Under the pieces are notes generated by a model. That model saw only the letters and a program-made list of their open reading frames with translations. It did no database searches and was not told where the DNA came from. Positions 1-10,343 of a DNA stretch of 64,000 bases are shown here, in pieces. Positions within the stretch are counted from its first letter, which is position 1. Each line of letters opens with the position of its first letter. This DNA comes from Bacteroidia bacterium. GTDB lineage: Bacteria; Bacteroidota; Bacteroidia; 2-12-FULL-35-15. The stretch covers positions 91,080-155,079 of the forward strand of contig JAVHPE010000206.1 in assembly GCA_036170475.1 (NCBI GenBank), given 5' to 3'. The translations under genes were made by a program, and so were the position numbers.

Positions 1-92
1 ATTTTGGAATAACCAATTTTAATAACAAGAATATTGCACAGAACAACCATTTACTTACCAAACATTTTTCGGGTTTATTTACTTTAAAAATA

Positions 93-1274
93 TTGCTTGC
101 CATTATTTATATTACGGCAGTTATAGTAACGGGATTAATAATTGGGTATGATAACCGGTTAATGAAATTGCTTCTGGTGCAGGCTTTTAATATGTTTCTA
201 TTGTTTTTTATTAATTACCTGCGTTCTAATTTAGCCGGACTTCATTTATTTAAAACAGATGCCATAGTATCTATATTGGATAGATCAATATTGATAATTT
301 TATGCATCATCATGCTAAATACGGGAATGTTAAAAGATCCGGATGGTATCATGTATTTTGTATATGCACAAACTATCGGGTATTTGATAAGTGTAATTAC
401 CGCTTTTATCATTATCCTGAATAAAACACATTCATTTAAATTAAAATGGAATTGGGTGTTTTCATTGATGATTTTAAAAAAGAGTTTACCCTTCGCGATC
501 CTTACTTTGCTCATGTCATTTTATAATCGTATAGATACCGTTATGATAGAGCGTATTCTGCCAATGGGCGTTGGGGATGTCCAATCAGGTATTTATGCTC
601 AGGCATTTCGTTTACTGGATGCAGTTAATATGATTGCATTTTTAACTGCCGGTCAATTGTTACCCATATTTTCCAGGATGTTAAAGCATAAAGATTCTGT
701 AGAGCCTTTGGTAAAATTGGTAAGCACTTTACTGCTTTCATCAGCTATTGTTATTGGGGTTGGTTGCGCCTTTTACAGTAAAGATCTGATGGGTATGCTT
801 TATCCCGTGCATGTTGATGAATCGGCAAAAATTTTCAGTTTACTGATGTTGAGTTTTATTGCTGTTGCCACTACCTATATTTTCGGAACCCTGCTCACAG
901 CAAACGGCAATATGAAACAACTGAATATAATGGCTGGTTTTGGAATGGTGTTGAATATCTCACTTAATCTTATTCTTATTAAGTTGCTTGAAGCGTATGG
1001 TTCGGCAATTTCAAGTATGATAACCCAATACTTAACGGCTATTATTCAGGTAATAATTGCACAGCGTATTTTTAAATTTAAGGTCAACTACAAATTAATA
1101 AATACGTTAATAATGTTCGCTATAGGTGTGGTAGCAATAAATTATGGATCTAAAATGCTCCATTTTAACTGGATGATAAGTTTTGTAATAATGGTTGCAT
1201 CATGCGGAATATGGTCATTTGTATCAGGCGTTTTAAGCATTAAATCTATTTTTCGATTACTTAAATATGAATAA
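93..1274 (+). CDS. Polysaccharide biosynthesis membrane protein, Wzx/MATE-like flippase (C-terminal ~390 aa; N-terminus apparently missing or start uncertain)
   Basis: Multi-TM protein resembling the C-terminal half of Wzx O-unit flippases; compare the full 458-aa flippase at 40764-42140. There is an in-frame stop at 21-23 and the first start is a TTG at 93, so it is about 80-90 aa shorter than typical Wzx proteins. Confidence 0.55.
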   Translation: MLAIIYITAVIVTGLIIGYDNRLMKLLLVQAFNMFLLFFINYLRSNLAGLHLFKTDAIVSILDRSILIILCIIMLNTGMLKDPDGIMYFVYAQTIGYLISVITAFIIILNKTHSFKLKWNWVFSLMILKKSLPFAILTLLMSFYNRIDTVMIERILPMGVGDVQSGIYAQAFRLLDAVNMIAFLTAGQLLPIFSRMLKHKDSVEPLVKLVSTLLLSSAIVIGVGCAFYSKDLMGMLYPVHVDESAKIFSLLMLSFIAVATTYIFGTLLTANGNMKQLNIMAGFGMVLNISLNLILIKLLEAYGSAISSMITQYLTAIIQVIIAQRIFKFKVNYKLINTLIMFAIGVVAINYGSKMLHFNWMISFVIMVASCGIWSFVSGVLSIKSIFRLLKYE

Positions 1275-1386
1275 TAATAATTATAGACTTTTAGATTTTT
1301 AGATTTAATTCAAAAAATCTAAAAGTCTACAAATCAAAAATTGTTTCTAATTTTGCCTCTCCTATTAAATTTTAGATTTTCTTAAA

Positions 1387-2409
1387 ATGGACAAGAAAGA
1401 ACAAACGACAGAAGATTTTAACTCATTAAATATATTTTATTTTATTTTCAAATGGCGAAAACCGCTTATGGTTATTGGTATAGCTGCATTTGTAATTTCC
1501 GGAATCATTGCATTAACCATTCAGGAAAAATATAAATCAACGGTAATTTTATTTCCGGCAACTACCAGTTCCATATCAAAAGCGCTCCTAAGCGACAATA
1601 ATTTTAAACAGGCTGACGTGCTTGAATTTGGTGCGGAAGAAGAAGCGGAACAAATGCTTCAGATTTTAAATTCTGACGAAATCAGAACGAGAATTTGTGA
1701 GAAATATAATTTAATGAAACATTACGATATTGATACCACCGACAAATTTAAGCGCACCAAATTATTTGATGAATTTCAAAGCAATATTACTTTTAAGCGG
1801 ACGGAATATATGTCAGTAAAGATTGAAGTGCTGGACATTAATCCAGATACTGCGGCTAGTATAGCTAATGATATTGCCGCTTTACACGATTCCACAAAAA
1901 TACGTATGCAGAGGGAGCGCGCTATTCAGGCATTGAGAATTGTAAAAAAAGAATATTTTGAAAAAGATGCCGATGTAAACCGGATGACGGACTCTATTAA
2001 AATTATTAACAGCTTCGGTCTTTATGATTACGAATCCCAATCAGAGGTTACTACTGAGCAATATGCAATAGCTATTTCAAAAGGAGATCAACGTGCAATA
2101 GCCGCTCTTGAAGTAAAATTAAAAGTAATCGCCAATTATGGCAGTGCGTATGTGTCATTGAGGGATAATTTGGAATTCCAACGGAAACAATTAAACTTAC
2201 TTAAAACAAAATATGAAGGGACAAAGGTAGATGTTGAACAAGTATTGCCACAGAAATTTGTGGTAAGCAATGCCTACCCTGCTGAAAAAAAATCATATCC
2301 TGTGCGTTGGCTCATTGTTGTAGTTTCCACAATGGCTTCATTGCTTATGGCTGTAATAGCTATTTTATTGCTTGAGAATATTAAACAAATCAATGTAAAA
2401 AATTTGTGA
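1387..2409 (+). CDS. Wzz-like polysaccharide chain-length determinant (N-terminal domain type, no kinase)
   Basis: Topology of TM near aa 26-45, a large middle domain and a C-terminal TM (RWLIVVVSTMASLLMAVIAILLL), matching Wzz/PCP architecture. It sits between the flippase and the O-antigen-ligase-family gene. Confidence 0.55.
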   Translation: MDKKEQTTEDFNSLNIFYFIFKWRKPLMVIGIAAFVISGIIALTIQEKYKSTVILFPATTSSISKALLSDNNFKQADVLEFGAEEEAEQMLQILNSDEIRTRICEKYNLMKHYDIDTTDKFKRTKLFDEFQSNITFKRTEYMSVKIEVLDINPDTAASIANDIAALHDSTKIRMQRERAIQALRIVKKEYFEKDADVNRMTDSIKIINSFGLYDYESQSEVTTEQYAIAISKGDQRAIAALEVKLKVIANYGSAYVSLRDNLEFQRKQLNLLKTKYEGTKVDVEQVLPQKFVVSNAYPAEKKSYPVRWLIVVVSTMASLLMAVIAILLLENIKQINVKNL

Positions 2410-2487
2410 ATATATAGTTTTTCATTTAAGAATGAATTTTTTAAATCAGCAATACAAAAAAGCTGTGGTAAGCATTTCGGCTGGACT

Positions 2488-3531
2488 TTGCGAAAGAGGT
2501 TCGGGGCAAACAAGGATAAACTCCGGCAAAACATCGAAAAAGCAGAAGGCATTTCAAAACCACTAATACAAAATATTATGAAAGATTATTTAGACAGCAA
2601 TTATTATTTTATCAAATTAATTATAAAATGGAAAAAGCATTTTATGATTATTACAGCCGCTTCAATTGTTATTTCTATAATTTTTTCCAGTTCGTTTTTT
2701 ATCAAACCTACCTACAAATCCTTCGCTTTGGTTTACCCTTCAAACATTATTCCTTACAGTGGTGAAAGCCCCTCCGAACAATTACTTCAATTATTTGATG
2801 CTTCCGATATTCGCAACGCGGTAATTAAAAAATTCAAATTAGCGGAGCATTATCATATTGATACTACTGAAAAATCAGGAATTTTTAAATTAATTGCTGC
2901 CTACCAATCAAATGTCGAAGTTCAGCAGACACAATTTAATTCAATTGAAATAAGGGTATTTGATACTGACCCACAAATTGCTTGCGATATGGTAACGGAA
3001 ATTATCGATCGATTAAATTTAAAGGCAAGAGGTCTGCAACGTGAAAAAACAAAAGAAGTACTTGTCATCGTTAGTAATCAATTGCTGGTAAAGAGAAAAC
3101 AAGTGGATTCCGTAAATTCTATTTTACAGGAGTTGCGTGTAAAATATCAACTGTTGGATTACGAAGTACAGGTTAAAGAAGTAACAAAAAGTTATTTAAA
3201 AGCCATTAGTGGTGGTGCACATAAAGAAAGTCTGAAAGACATTGACGCGTTAATGCGCAACCTGGAAGAAAAGGGAGGAGAGTATTATCAAATGCAACAA
3301 ACATTTGATATCGTACTAAATAGCTATAATGCTACAAAACTGGAATGCGATAAAGTTTCAAGCGATTTGAATAAAATACTTACGTATACTAATATTGTTA
3401 GTAAGCCTTTCCCTGCTGACAAAAAAACATATCCCATCCGCTGGTTGATAATTGTTGCTTCGGTGGTATCGGCTAACATGTTTTTCTTTCTCTTGTTGAT
3501 AATAACGGGTATCAAAAACAAATTGGATTAA
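2488..3531 (+). CDS. Wzz-like chain-length determinant, tandem paralog of 1387-2409
   Basis: Same TM-periplasmic-TM architecture. Shares motifs with the upstream ORF (HYDIDTTDK/HYHIDTTEK; KKSYPVRWLIVV/KKTYPIRWLIIV). Confidence 0.55.
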   Translation: MRKRFGANKDKLRQNIEKAEGISKPLIQNIMKDYLDSNYYFIKLIIKWKKHFMIITAASIVISIIFSSSFFIKPTYKSFALVYPSNIIPYSGESPSEQLLQLFDASDIRNAVIKKFKLAEHYHIDTTEKSGIFKLIAAYQSNVEVQQTQFNSIEIRVFDTDPQIACDMVTEIIDRLNLKARGLQREKTKEVLVIVSNQLLVKRKQVDSVNSILQELRVKYQLLDYEVQVKEVTKSYLKAISGGAHKESLKDIDALMRNLEEKGGEYYQMQQTFDIVLNSYNATKLECDKVSSDLNKILTYTNIVSKPFPADKKTYPIRWLIIVASVVSANMFFFLLLIITGIKNKLD

Positions 3532-3536
3532 AAAAA

Positions 3537-4973
3537 TTGTTAGAACACAAATACATAAAATGGGTGTATGCATTGAGTATTGCATTTATTGTAATAAATG
3601 CAGTCTGTACTTTTTTTGAATTTTATTATTTCAATTTAATTCCCGCAGTGCTTTTAATTATCGCACTTTCTCTGTTCTCATTAGATAAACTTATTTTACT
3701 GGTTGTTTTTCTTACCCCATTAGCTGTCAATTTTCAGCACATGGAAGGTGGTTTAGGGCTTAGTTTACCTACCGAGCCAATAATTTTTGGCATAATGGTG
3801 ATTTTTATTCTTAAACAACTACATAATAACACGATGGATGTTCAGGTAATGAAGCATCCCATTACCATTGCTATTATCATCAATTTAATTTGGATTTTTG
3901 TTACCAGTGTAACCAGCCAGCTTCCAATGGTATCTTTTAAATTTTTGATTTCGCGTTTATGGTTTGTAATTACTTTCTATTTTATATGCACCCAGTTGTT
4001 TAAGGAGTATTCGAATATTAAAAAATTTTACTGGTTATATATTATCCCATTTACCATTATTATTTTTTATACCTTATATAATCACTATTTAGTTGGATTT
4101 GCGGAAGAACCTGCTAACTATATGATGTCACCCTTTTATAATGACCACACTATCTATGGGGCAATGTTAGCGATGTTTTTACCCGCATTACTATTTTTTA
4201 TGAGGAATAAAACATACACGTCAAGTATAAAATTTAGCGCATTTTTATTTCTTGTTATTTTTCTTATCGCTTTAGTATTTTCTTATACTCGTGCTGCATG
4301 GCTCAGCCTTGCTGCGGCGTTTGTAGTATATTTATTGTTATTGTTAAAAATCAAGTTTCGCACTATTTTATTTGTATTTTTGGCGATTATAGGTTTTCTA
4401 TTAGCTTTTCGAACAGAGCTTGTGATGAAAATGGAAAAAAACAGGCAAGATGCTTCGCAGGATTTTGACAAGCATATTGAGTCCATGTCAAATATATCTA
4501 CTGATGCCTCTAATCTGGAGCGATTAAACCGCTGGAATGCCGCATTCCGTATGTTTGAAGAGCGACCTGTTTTTGGTTGGGGACCAGGAACTTATAGTTT
4601 TGAATATGCTCCCTTTCAACATTCTCAGGAAAGAACAATCATTAGTACCAATATGGGCGACAGAGGCAATGCTCATAGTGAATACATCGGACCCTTATGT
4701 GAGTCAGGTGTATTGGGCGTTCTCACATTTATAGCCATTGTGATTGCTACGCTATTTACCGGGTTCAGATTGTATTATTCGATAAATGATTATGAAACAA
4801 AAAAATTAGTGTTAGTAACCTTACTAGGCTTTATTACCTATATTGTACACGGCGCTTTAAATAACTTTTTAGATTCTGATAAAGCATCTGTCCCTTTTTG
4901 GGGATTTATTGCAATGCTGGTTGCTATAGATGTATATCATAAAAATAGAGGTAAAGAAATAAAGACGGTATAG
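3537..4973 (+). CDS. O-antigen ligase / Wzy-family polytopic membrane protein
   Basis: Has 10-12 TM helices and the Wzy_C-like segment YSYTRAAWLSLAAAFVVYLL. A periplasmic loop carries a GNAHSEY motif typical of the O-antigen ligase family. Confidence 0.7.
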   Translation: MLEHKYIKWVYALSIAFIVINAVCTFFEFYYFNLIPAVLLIIALSLFSLDKLILLVVFLTPLAVNFQHMEGGLGLSLPTEPIIFGIMVIFILKQLHNNTMDVQVMKHPITIAIIINLIWIFVTSVTSQLPMVSFKFLISRLWFVITFYFICTQLFKEYSNIKKFYWLYIIPFTIIIFYTLYNHYLVGFAEEPANYMMSPFYNDHTIYGAMLAMFLPALLFFMRNKTYTSSIKFSAFLFLVIFLIALVFSYTRAAWLSLAAAFVVYLLLLLKIKFRTILFVFLAIIGFLLAFRTELVMKMEKNRQDASQDFDKHIESMSNISTDASNLERLNRWNAAFRMFEERPVFGWGPGTYSFEYAPFQHSQERTIISTNMGDRGNAHSEYIGPLCESGVLGVLTFIAIVIATLFTGFRLYYSINDYETKKLVLVTLLGFITYIVHGALNNFLDSDKASVPFWGFIAMLVAIDVYHKNRGKEIKTV

Positions 4974-5059
4974 GGTAGTGGCTCCATCAAGTAATACTTC
5001 AATCCTGTAGATTAACACCAATAAAACAAAGAATAAATCAATTAGCACATTTTTAAAAA

Positions 5060-6424
5060 TTGAAACCAAGTATCCCTAAAGGCACCCGTGATTTTTCACC
5101 TCAGGAAATGGTGAAACGCAATTATATTTTTGACACCATCAAACAAGTGTTTCAATGCTTTGGCTATTTGCCAATTGAAACACCCGCTATGGAGAACCTT
5201 TCTACCCTCATGGGAAAGTACGGGGAAGAGGGAGATAAATTGATTTTTAAGATTTTGAATTCGGGAGATTTCAGGGCTGGGGTTGATATGAATTTAGATT
5301 CAAAGCAATTGGTAAATAAGATTTCCGAAAAAGCGCTCAAATATGATCTAACCGTTCCCTTCGCTCGATATGTTGTTCAACACCAGAGTGAAATTACTTT
5401 TCCATTTAAGCGTTACCAGATACAACCTGTTTGGCGAGCAGATCGCCCGCAAAAGGGACGTTACCGTGAATTTTATCAATGTGATGCTGATGTGATTGGA
5501 AGTAATTCATTGGTAAATGAAGTGGAGTTGGTACAGCTGATTGATGAGGTATTTACAAAATTAAGTGTTCCTGTTTTAATCAAAATTAATAATCGCAAAA
5601 TTTTGCAAGGCTTAGGGGAAGTCATTGGCGAACAAAATAGAATTATAGATATCACAGTTGCCTTAGACAAATATGATAAGATCGGAGAAGATATATACAC
5701 CGAGTTAGAGCAAAAAGGTTTTCAAAAAGATAAGATATCAAAATTGAAAAGTTTTATTGATGAATTCTCATCCTTAAAGGAAGGAAATGAAAGATTGAAC
5801 TTCTTGAAAAGAATTTTTTCCGATACTTCAATTGGGATGAAGGGCGTTGAAGAAGTTGAGTTCATTTTTAAAACATTGGGTATGTTATATGTTGATCAAA
5901 AGATGCCAGAATTGGAGATTGATTTAGCATTAGCACGAGGACTCAATTACTATACAGGAGCAATTTTTGAGGTAAAAGCGAATACAGGTACATTTACCAG
6001 CAGCATTTGTGGTGGAGGAAGATACGACGACTTAACAGGTATTTTCGGTTTGCCGAATATGTCAGGAGTTGGTATTTCATTCGGAGCAGACAGGATTTAT
6101 GATGTATTGAATGAATTAAATCTATTTCCTGAATCGGTTGCTGCCAGTACAAAATTATTATTTGTATCATTTGGTTTAACCGAACAAAATTATTGTTTGC
6201 CGTTATTGGCACAGGTTAGGAAAGCAGGTATTAATTCAGAGATTTATCCGGATGCAGGAGCAAAAATGAAAAAACAAATGGGTTATGCAGATGATAAAAA
6301 AATTGCATTTGTTGTAATTGTTGGAAGTGATGAAATTCAAAGTGGTCTTCTAACATTGAAGAACATGACATCCGGCGAGCAGGAGAAATTAAGTATAGAA
6401 AATATTATTCAAAAATTGAAATAA
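5060..6424 (+). CDS. hisS: Histidine--tRNA ligase
   Basis: N-terminus [13 protein letters not shown], class II aaRS motifs (GGGRYDDL) and a C-terminal anticodon-binding domain. Starts at a TTG. Confidence 0.92.
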   Translation: MKPSIPKGTRDFSPQEMVKRNYIFDTIKQVFQCFGYLPIETPAMENLSTLMGKYGEEGDKLIFKILNSGDFRAGVDMNLDSKQLVNKISEKALKYDLTVPFARYVVQHQSEITFPFKRYQIQPVWRADRPQKGRYREFYQCDADVIGSNSLVNEVELVQLIDEVFTKLSVPVLIKINNRKILQGLGEVIGEQNRIIDITVALDKYDKIGEDIYTELEQKGFQKDKISKLKSFIDEFSSLKEGNERLNFLKRIFSDTSIGMKGVEEVEFIFKTLGMLYVDQKMPELEIDLALARGLNYYTGAIFEVKANTGTFTSSICGGGRYDDLTGIFGLPNMSGVGISFGADRIYDVLNELNLFPESVAASTKLLFVSFGLTEQNYCLPLLAQVRKAGINSEIYPDAGAKMKKQMGYADDKKIAFVVIVGSDEIQSGLLTLKNMTSGEQEKLSIENIIQKLK

Positions 6425-6434
6425 AATTTACCAT

Positions 6435-6500
6435 GGAGACACGGAGAACACAAAGAAACACAGAGCCTCGGTGTACCTCCGTTAACTCTGTGTCTCCGTG
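6435..6500. promoter_or_regulatory. Structured intergenic element (two 7-bp helices with alternative pairings) between hisS and the ammonia-lyase gene
   Basis: cacggag (6440-6446) pairs with ctccgtg (6494-6500), and cacagag (6459-6465) pairs with ctctgtg (6486-6492). The apical loop contains ctccgt, which can pair alternatively with acggag. An A8 run follows. Confidence 0.3.
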
Positions 6501-6514
6501 TTAAAAAAAATATC

Positions 6515-7996
6515 ATGCATCACATTTCTACAACAAAATTAGATTTCGAAAAAATCTCAGAAATCATTTCTGGAAATAAAAAACTTGCCTTATCGGATGA
6601 AGTAAAAACAAATATTATACGTTGCCGTGAATATCTGGATAAAAAAATGGCTTCACAAAAAGAGCCTATTTATGGTATTAATACAGGATTTGGTTCTTTA
6701 TGCGATATAATTATTCCTCCTGAAGATTTAGAAAAATTACAACAGAATTTAGTGATGTCACATGCCTGTGGAACAGGTGATGAAGTACCACAAGATATTG
6801 TGAAATTACTGTTGCTGTTAAAAATTCAGGCTTTCTCTTATGGCAAATCAGGAGTTCAAATCCAAACCGTTGAACGTTTAATCTATTTTTTCAATAATGA
6901 TATTTTACCAATAGTTTATCAACAAGGCTCATTGGGCGCTTCCGGGGATTTATCTCCTCTGGCACATATGAGTTTACCATTGCTGGGATTAGGTAAAGTT
7001 TTTTATCGGGGTAAAAAACAAAATAGTGCTGATGTATTAAAACAATTGAATTTGCAACCTATTCAACTGAAATCAAAAGAAGGGCTGGCACTTTTAAATG
7101 GCACCCAATTTATGAGTGCTTATGGTGTATGGTGTTTATTGCGAACCAAAAAATTGAGTCTTGCTGCTGATTTAATCAGTGCCGTTTCATTAGATGCTTT
7201 TGATGGTCGTATGGAGCCTTTTAAATTGCACCTTCACACTATACGTCCGCATAAGGGGCAAATGCAGACTGCCAAAAATATGCTCAAGCTATTAGATGGC
7301 AGTGAATTGATCAAACGTAAAAAAGTTCATGTACAGGATCCTTATTCATTCAGATGTATCCCACAGGTACATGGTGCATCGAAGGATGTAATTGGGTATG
7401 CGGAGAATGTTTTCTTAACCGAAATAAATTCTGTGACAGACAACCCGACAATTTTCCCAGATGAAGATGAAGTAATTTCCGGTGGTAACTTTCACGGGCA
7501 GCCTCTTGCATTAGCATTGGATTTTTTAGCCATCGCATTAGCGGAGTTAGGTAATATCTCCGAAAGACGTACCTATCAATTGATTTCCGGGACACGTGGT
7601 TTGCCCTCCTTTTTGGTAGCAACCCCCGGATTAAATTCCGGATTTATGATTCCTCAATATACCGCTGCAAGTATTGTAAGTCAGAACAAACAATTATGCT
7701 CTCCCGCTTCTATTGATTCTATTGTTAGTTCAAACGGACAGGAAGACCATGTTTCAATGGGTGCCAATGCAGCCACAAAATGTTATAAAGTAGTTGAAAA
7801 TTTGCAACGTATACTTGCCATAGAATTGTTCAATGCCTCACAGGCAATGGAATTCAGAAGACCTTTAAAGTCATCACCAATAATTGAAAATTTAATTTCT
7901 GACTATCGTAAACAGGTTCCGTTTATAGATTCAGATAAAATAATGTACACCGAAATTGAAAAAAGTGTTCAGTTTTTGACAAATAAAAAATGGTAA
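6515..7996 (+). CDS. hutH: Histidine ammonia-lyase family (HAL/PAL/TAL, MIO-dependent) enzyme
   Basis: Has the ASG triad (GSLGASGDLSPLAHM) that forms the MIO cofactor, with HAL-like length and overall similarity. Substrate (His vs Tyr/Phe) cannot be decided from sequence alone. Confidence 0.8.
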   Translation: MHHISTTKLDFEKISEIISGNKKLALSDEVKTNIIRCREYLDKKMASQKEPIYGINTGFGSLCDIIIPPEDLEKLQQNLVMSHACGTGDEVPQDIVKLLLLLKIQAFSYGKSGVQIQTVERLIYFFNNDILPIVYQQGSLGASGDLSPLAHMSLPLLGLGKVFYRGKKQNSADVLKQLNLQPIQLKSKEGLALLNGTQFMSAYGVWCLLRTKKLSLAADLISAVSLDAFDGRMEPFKLHLHTIRPHKGQMQTAKNMLKLLDGSELIKRKKVHVQDPYSFRCIPQVHGASKDVIGYAENVFLTEINSVTDNPTIFPDEDEVISGGNFHGQPLALALDFLAIALAELGNISERRTYQLISGTRGLPSFLVATPGLNSGFMIPQYTAASIVSQNKQLCSPASIDSIVSSNGQEDHVSMGANAATKCYKVVENLQRILAIELFNASQAMEFRRPLKSSPIIENLISDYRKQVPFIDSDKIMYTEIEKSVQFLTNKKW

Positions 7997-8604
7997 ATAA
8001 ATTCAAAGCTCATCCATGGCATGGAATTAATATTGGTTCTAATGCACCAAAAATGGTCACAGCCTTTATTGAAATTGTCCCTACAGATACAGTTAAATAT
8101 GAAATTGATAAAGAAAGCGGTCATCTGAAAATTGACCGTCCTCAAAAATTTTCCAATGTTGTTCCTACTTTATATGGTTTTATTCCACAAACATATTGTG
8201 ATATAAAAGTAGCGGAATATGCCGCTTTGAAATCAGGCAGGGAAATAAAAAAAGGTGATGGAGACCCGCTTGACATCTGTGTTTTAAGTGAACGCCCCAT
8301 CACTCATGGTGATATAATGATGCAGGCATTTCCTATTGGTGGTATACGCATGATTGATAAAGGGGAAGCAGATGATAAAATTATAGCGGTAATGAAAGAT
8401 GATGAAGTTTATGAGGGCTGGAAAGATATAAGTGATTGTACCGAAGCTATTGTAAACCGATTGAAACATTACTTCTTAACCTATAAAAATATTCCGGGAT
8501 TGGAAAAACCTACTTGTGAAATCACCAATGTTTACGGTCGTGAAGAAGCGTATGAAGTGATAAGAAGAAGTATGGAAGATTATAAAAATAAATTTTTGTT
8601 GTAG
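7990..8604 (+). CDS. ppa: Inorganic pyrophosphatase (family I)
   Basis: HPWH N-terminus and a FIEIVPTDTVKYEIDKESGHLKIDR metal-binding core. Overlaps the upstream gene by 7 nt. Confidence 0.85.
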   Translation: MVNKFKAHPWHGINIGSNAPKMVTAFIEIVPTDTVKYEIDKESGHLKIDRPQKFSNVVPTLYGFIPQTYCDIKVAEYAALKSGREIKKGDGDPLDICVLSERPITHGDIMMQAFPIGGIRMIDKGEADDKIIAVMKDDEVYEGWKDISDCTEAIVNRLKHYFLTYKNIPGLEKPTCEITNVYGREEAYEVIRRSMEDYKNKFLL

Positions 8605-8740
8605 CGTCGGTTTATTGCAGCAACAAAATTATGGAAGTTTTTAGTCTCTCTTGGGTGTTGCTTGTATGGCTGGGAAGGGGGAGTGCGAAAACTCGAGTGT
8701 CGAAGAGGAATGCGTTTTTAAATAAATCAAATAAATAACT

Positions 8741-9400
8741 ATGCTAAATGTGTATTGTATATCCGGAATGGGCGTAGATGAACGAATGTTCAAGAACCTG
8801 GAATTGAATAATTGTAATATTGTTCATATTAAATGGCAGACACCAATTAAAAATGAAAGACTTCCTGAATATGCTTTGCGCCTGGCTGAGGTAATTGATA
8901 CCTCGAAACCCTTTGCTTTGATTGGTGTTTCATTTGGCGGAATGTGCTGTTTGGAAATCGCAAAAAAGTTAAATCCTGTAAAAACATTTTTGGTTTCTAG
9001 CAGTAAGACCAGAGCAGAAGTTCCTCATAAAATAAAAATATGGTCCAACATTCCATTGTATAAAAGACTGGATGATATTGTTTACAAAAAGGCCGCATTG
9101 CTGGTAAGAAGTCTGTTTGGTGTTGCAAGTAAAGAGCAAGGTGAACGATTTAAACAAATGTTAAATACTGCTCCAGAAAATTATTTTAAAGGCGCAATAC
9201 ATTGCGTTCTGACATGGAGGAATCAAGATATACCCCAAAATATTATCCATATTCATGGTACTGCAGACCAGGTTTTACCTTTTAAAAAAATTGTGAATTG
9301 TAATTATCCGATTAAAGGAGGAACCCATTTTATGATTGTGAACAGGGCGGAGGAGATTAATAAAATAATTAATGAGGAGCTGGCAGCCATTATTTGCTGA
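8741..9400 (+). CDS. Alpha/beta hydrolase fold protein
   Basis: GxSxG nucleophile elbow (GVSFGG) and C-terminal HG/His region; about 220 aa. Confidence 0.55.
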   Translation: MLNVYCISGMGVDERMFKNLELNNCNIVHIKWQTPIKNERLPEYALRLAEVIDTSKPFALIGVSFGGMCCLEIAKKLNPVKTFLVSSSKTRAEVPHKIKIWSNIPLYKRLDDIVYKKAALLVRSLFGVASKEQGERFKQMLNTAPENYFKGAIHCVLTWRNQDIPQNIIHIHGTADQVLPFKKIVNCNYPIKGGTHFMIVNRAEEINKIINEELAAIIC

Positions 9401-9469
9401 TACCAGCACAAAATTGAAGCTAAACCGAACAATTTTTTTGTATCTTTGGAGAAACAAAAATGAACAACA

Positions 9470-9697
9470 ATGCTAATTGAAAGAACAAGTAATGAAGTGA
9501 TAATTCGGTTGCCATCATACGTGGACACAGAAGGACTACAACGTCTTGTAGACTATTTGAGCTATAAAGAAGCGAATCCAAATCCAAAGCCCGGCAATCT
9601 GACGTGGACAAACTTGCGAAGGAAGTTAAGAAAGGTTGGTGGACAAAAAACCGTAGCCGATTTATCATTGAAAATAATCGTTGATACTCCCGCATAA
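9470..9697 (+). CDS. Small hypothetical protein (75 aa)
   Basis: ORF only; basic C-terminus. No recognisable family. Confidence 0.25.
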   Translation: MLIERTSNEVIIRLPSYVDTEGLQRLVDYLSYKEANPNPKPGNLTWTNLRRKLRKVGGQKTVADLSLKIIVDTPA

Positions 9698-9758
9698 TGC
9701 GGGATTAGCTCAAAATATTAGTATTTACTTTTTTTACCTTTACGACAAAAATTAAATC

Positions 9759-9950
9759 ATGCGCAGCACAAGTTTAACTAAAAACGAAATAGAATTGTTG
9801 ATCGAGCAAAAAGTTTTAGAACTGCTTGGCGATCCTGATAGTGGGTTACAAATAACGAAAGCTTTTCAAGAGAAACTTACTGAACGACTCAAAAATTTAT
9901 CCGAGACTATTTCTCATTCTGAAATTCTAAAAAAATATGCTAAAGGTTGA
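9759..9950 (+). CDS. Putative antitoxin partnered with the RelE/ParE toxin
   Basis: 63-aa ORF overlapping the downstream RelE/ParE gene by 14 nt, the classic type II TA arrangement. Confidence 0.5.
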   Translation: MRSTSLTKNEIELLIEQKVLELLGDPDSGLQITKAFQEKLTERLKNLSETISHSEILKKYAKG

Positions 9951-10191
9951 ATGGCAGAAACAGGCTACCAAAGATCTTGATAAAATTGACTTTAAAATTG
10001 CTCAACGGGTTGTAACCAAAGTTGACTGGTTTGCAAATAATTTTTCTTTAATTACACCTGAACCATTGCATGGTAAGTTTAAAGGAACTTACAAACTACG
10101 TGTAGGTGATTACAGGATAGTGTATATGTTGAAAGAAGATATAATTATTATTCTATCAGTGGCGCATCGAAATGAAGTTTATAAGGGATGA
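9937..10191 (+). CDS. Type II toxin-antitoxin system RelE/ParE family toxin
   Basis: KQATKDLDKID...KLRVGDYRIVYMLKEDIIIILSVAHRNEVYK matches the RelE/ParE consensus (RxGDYRIIY...HRKDVY). Confidence 0.8.
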   Translation: MLKVEWQKQATKDLDKIDFKIAQRVVTKVDWFANNFSLITPEPLHGKFKGTYKLRVGDYRIVYMLKEDIIIILSVAHRNEVYKG

Positions 10192-10343
10192 TTTTAAAAG
10201 AGTTCTCATTATTTTCATTCCAACCTTTACAAATTTAGAAGTTCCTCCAGATTACTAAAGGACAAAATAAACTCAGAACTTGTCTGCCACTATCATCAGA
10301 TAAACCCTTTCATAGATATTTCATAGCTGGCAAATACATAATT

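Noticed and set aside
242-9528. Many short antisense or alternative-frame ORFs from the ORF track (e.g. 242-514, 2274-2552, 3324-3585, 5476-5700, 7350-7622, 9275-9528)
   Set aside because: All are embedded in or antisense to longer, well-supported genes. They have AT-rich low-complexity translations typical of spurious ORFs in low-GC genomes.
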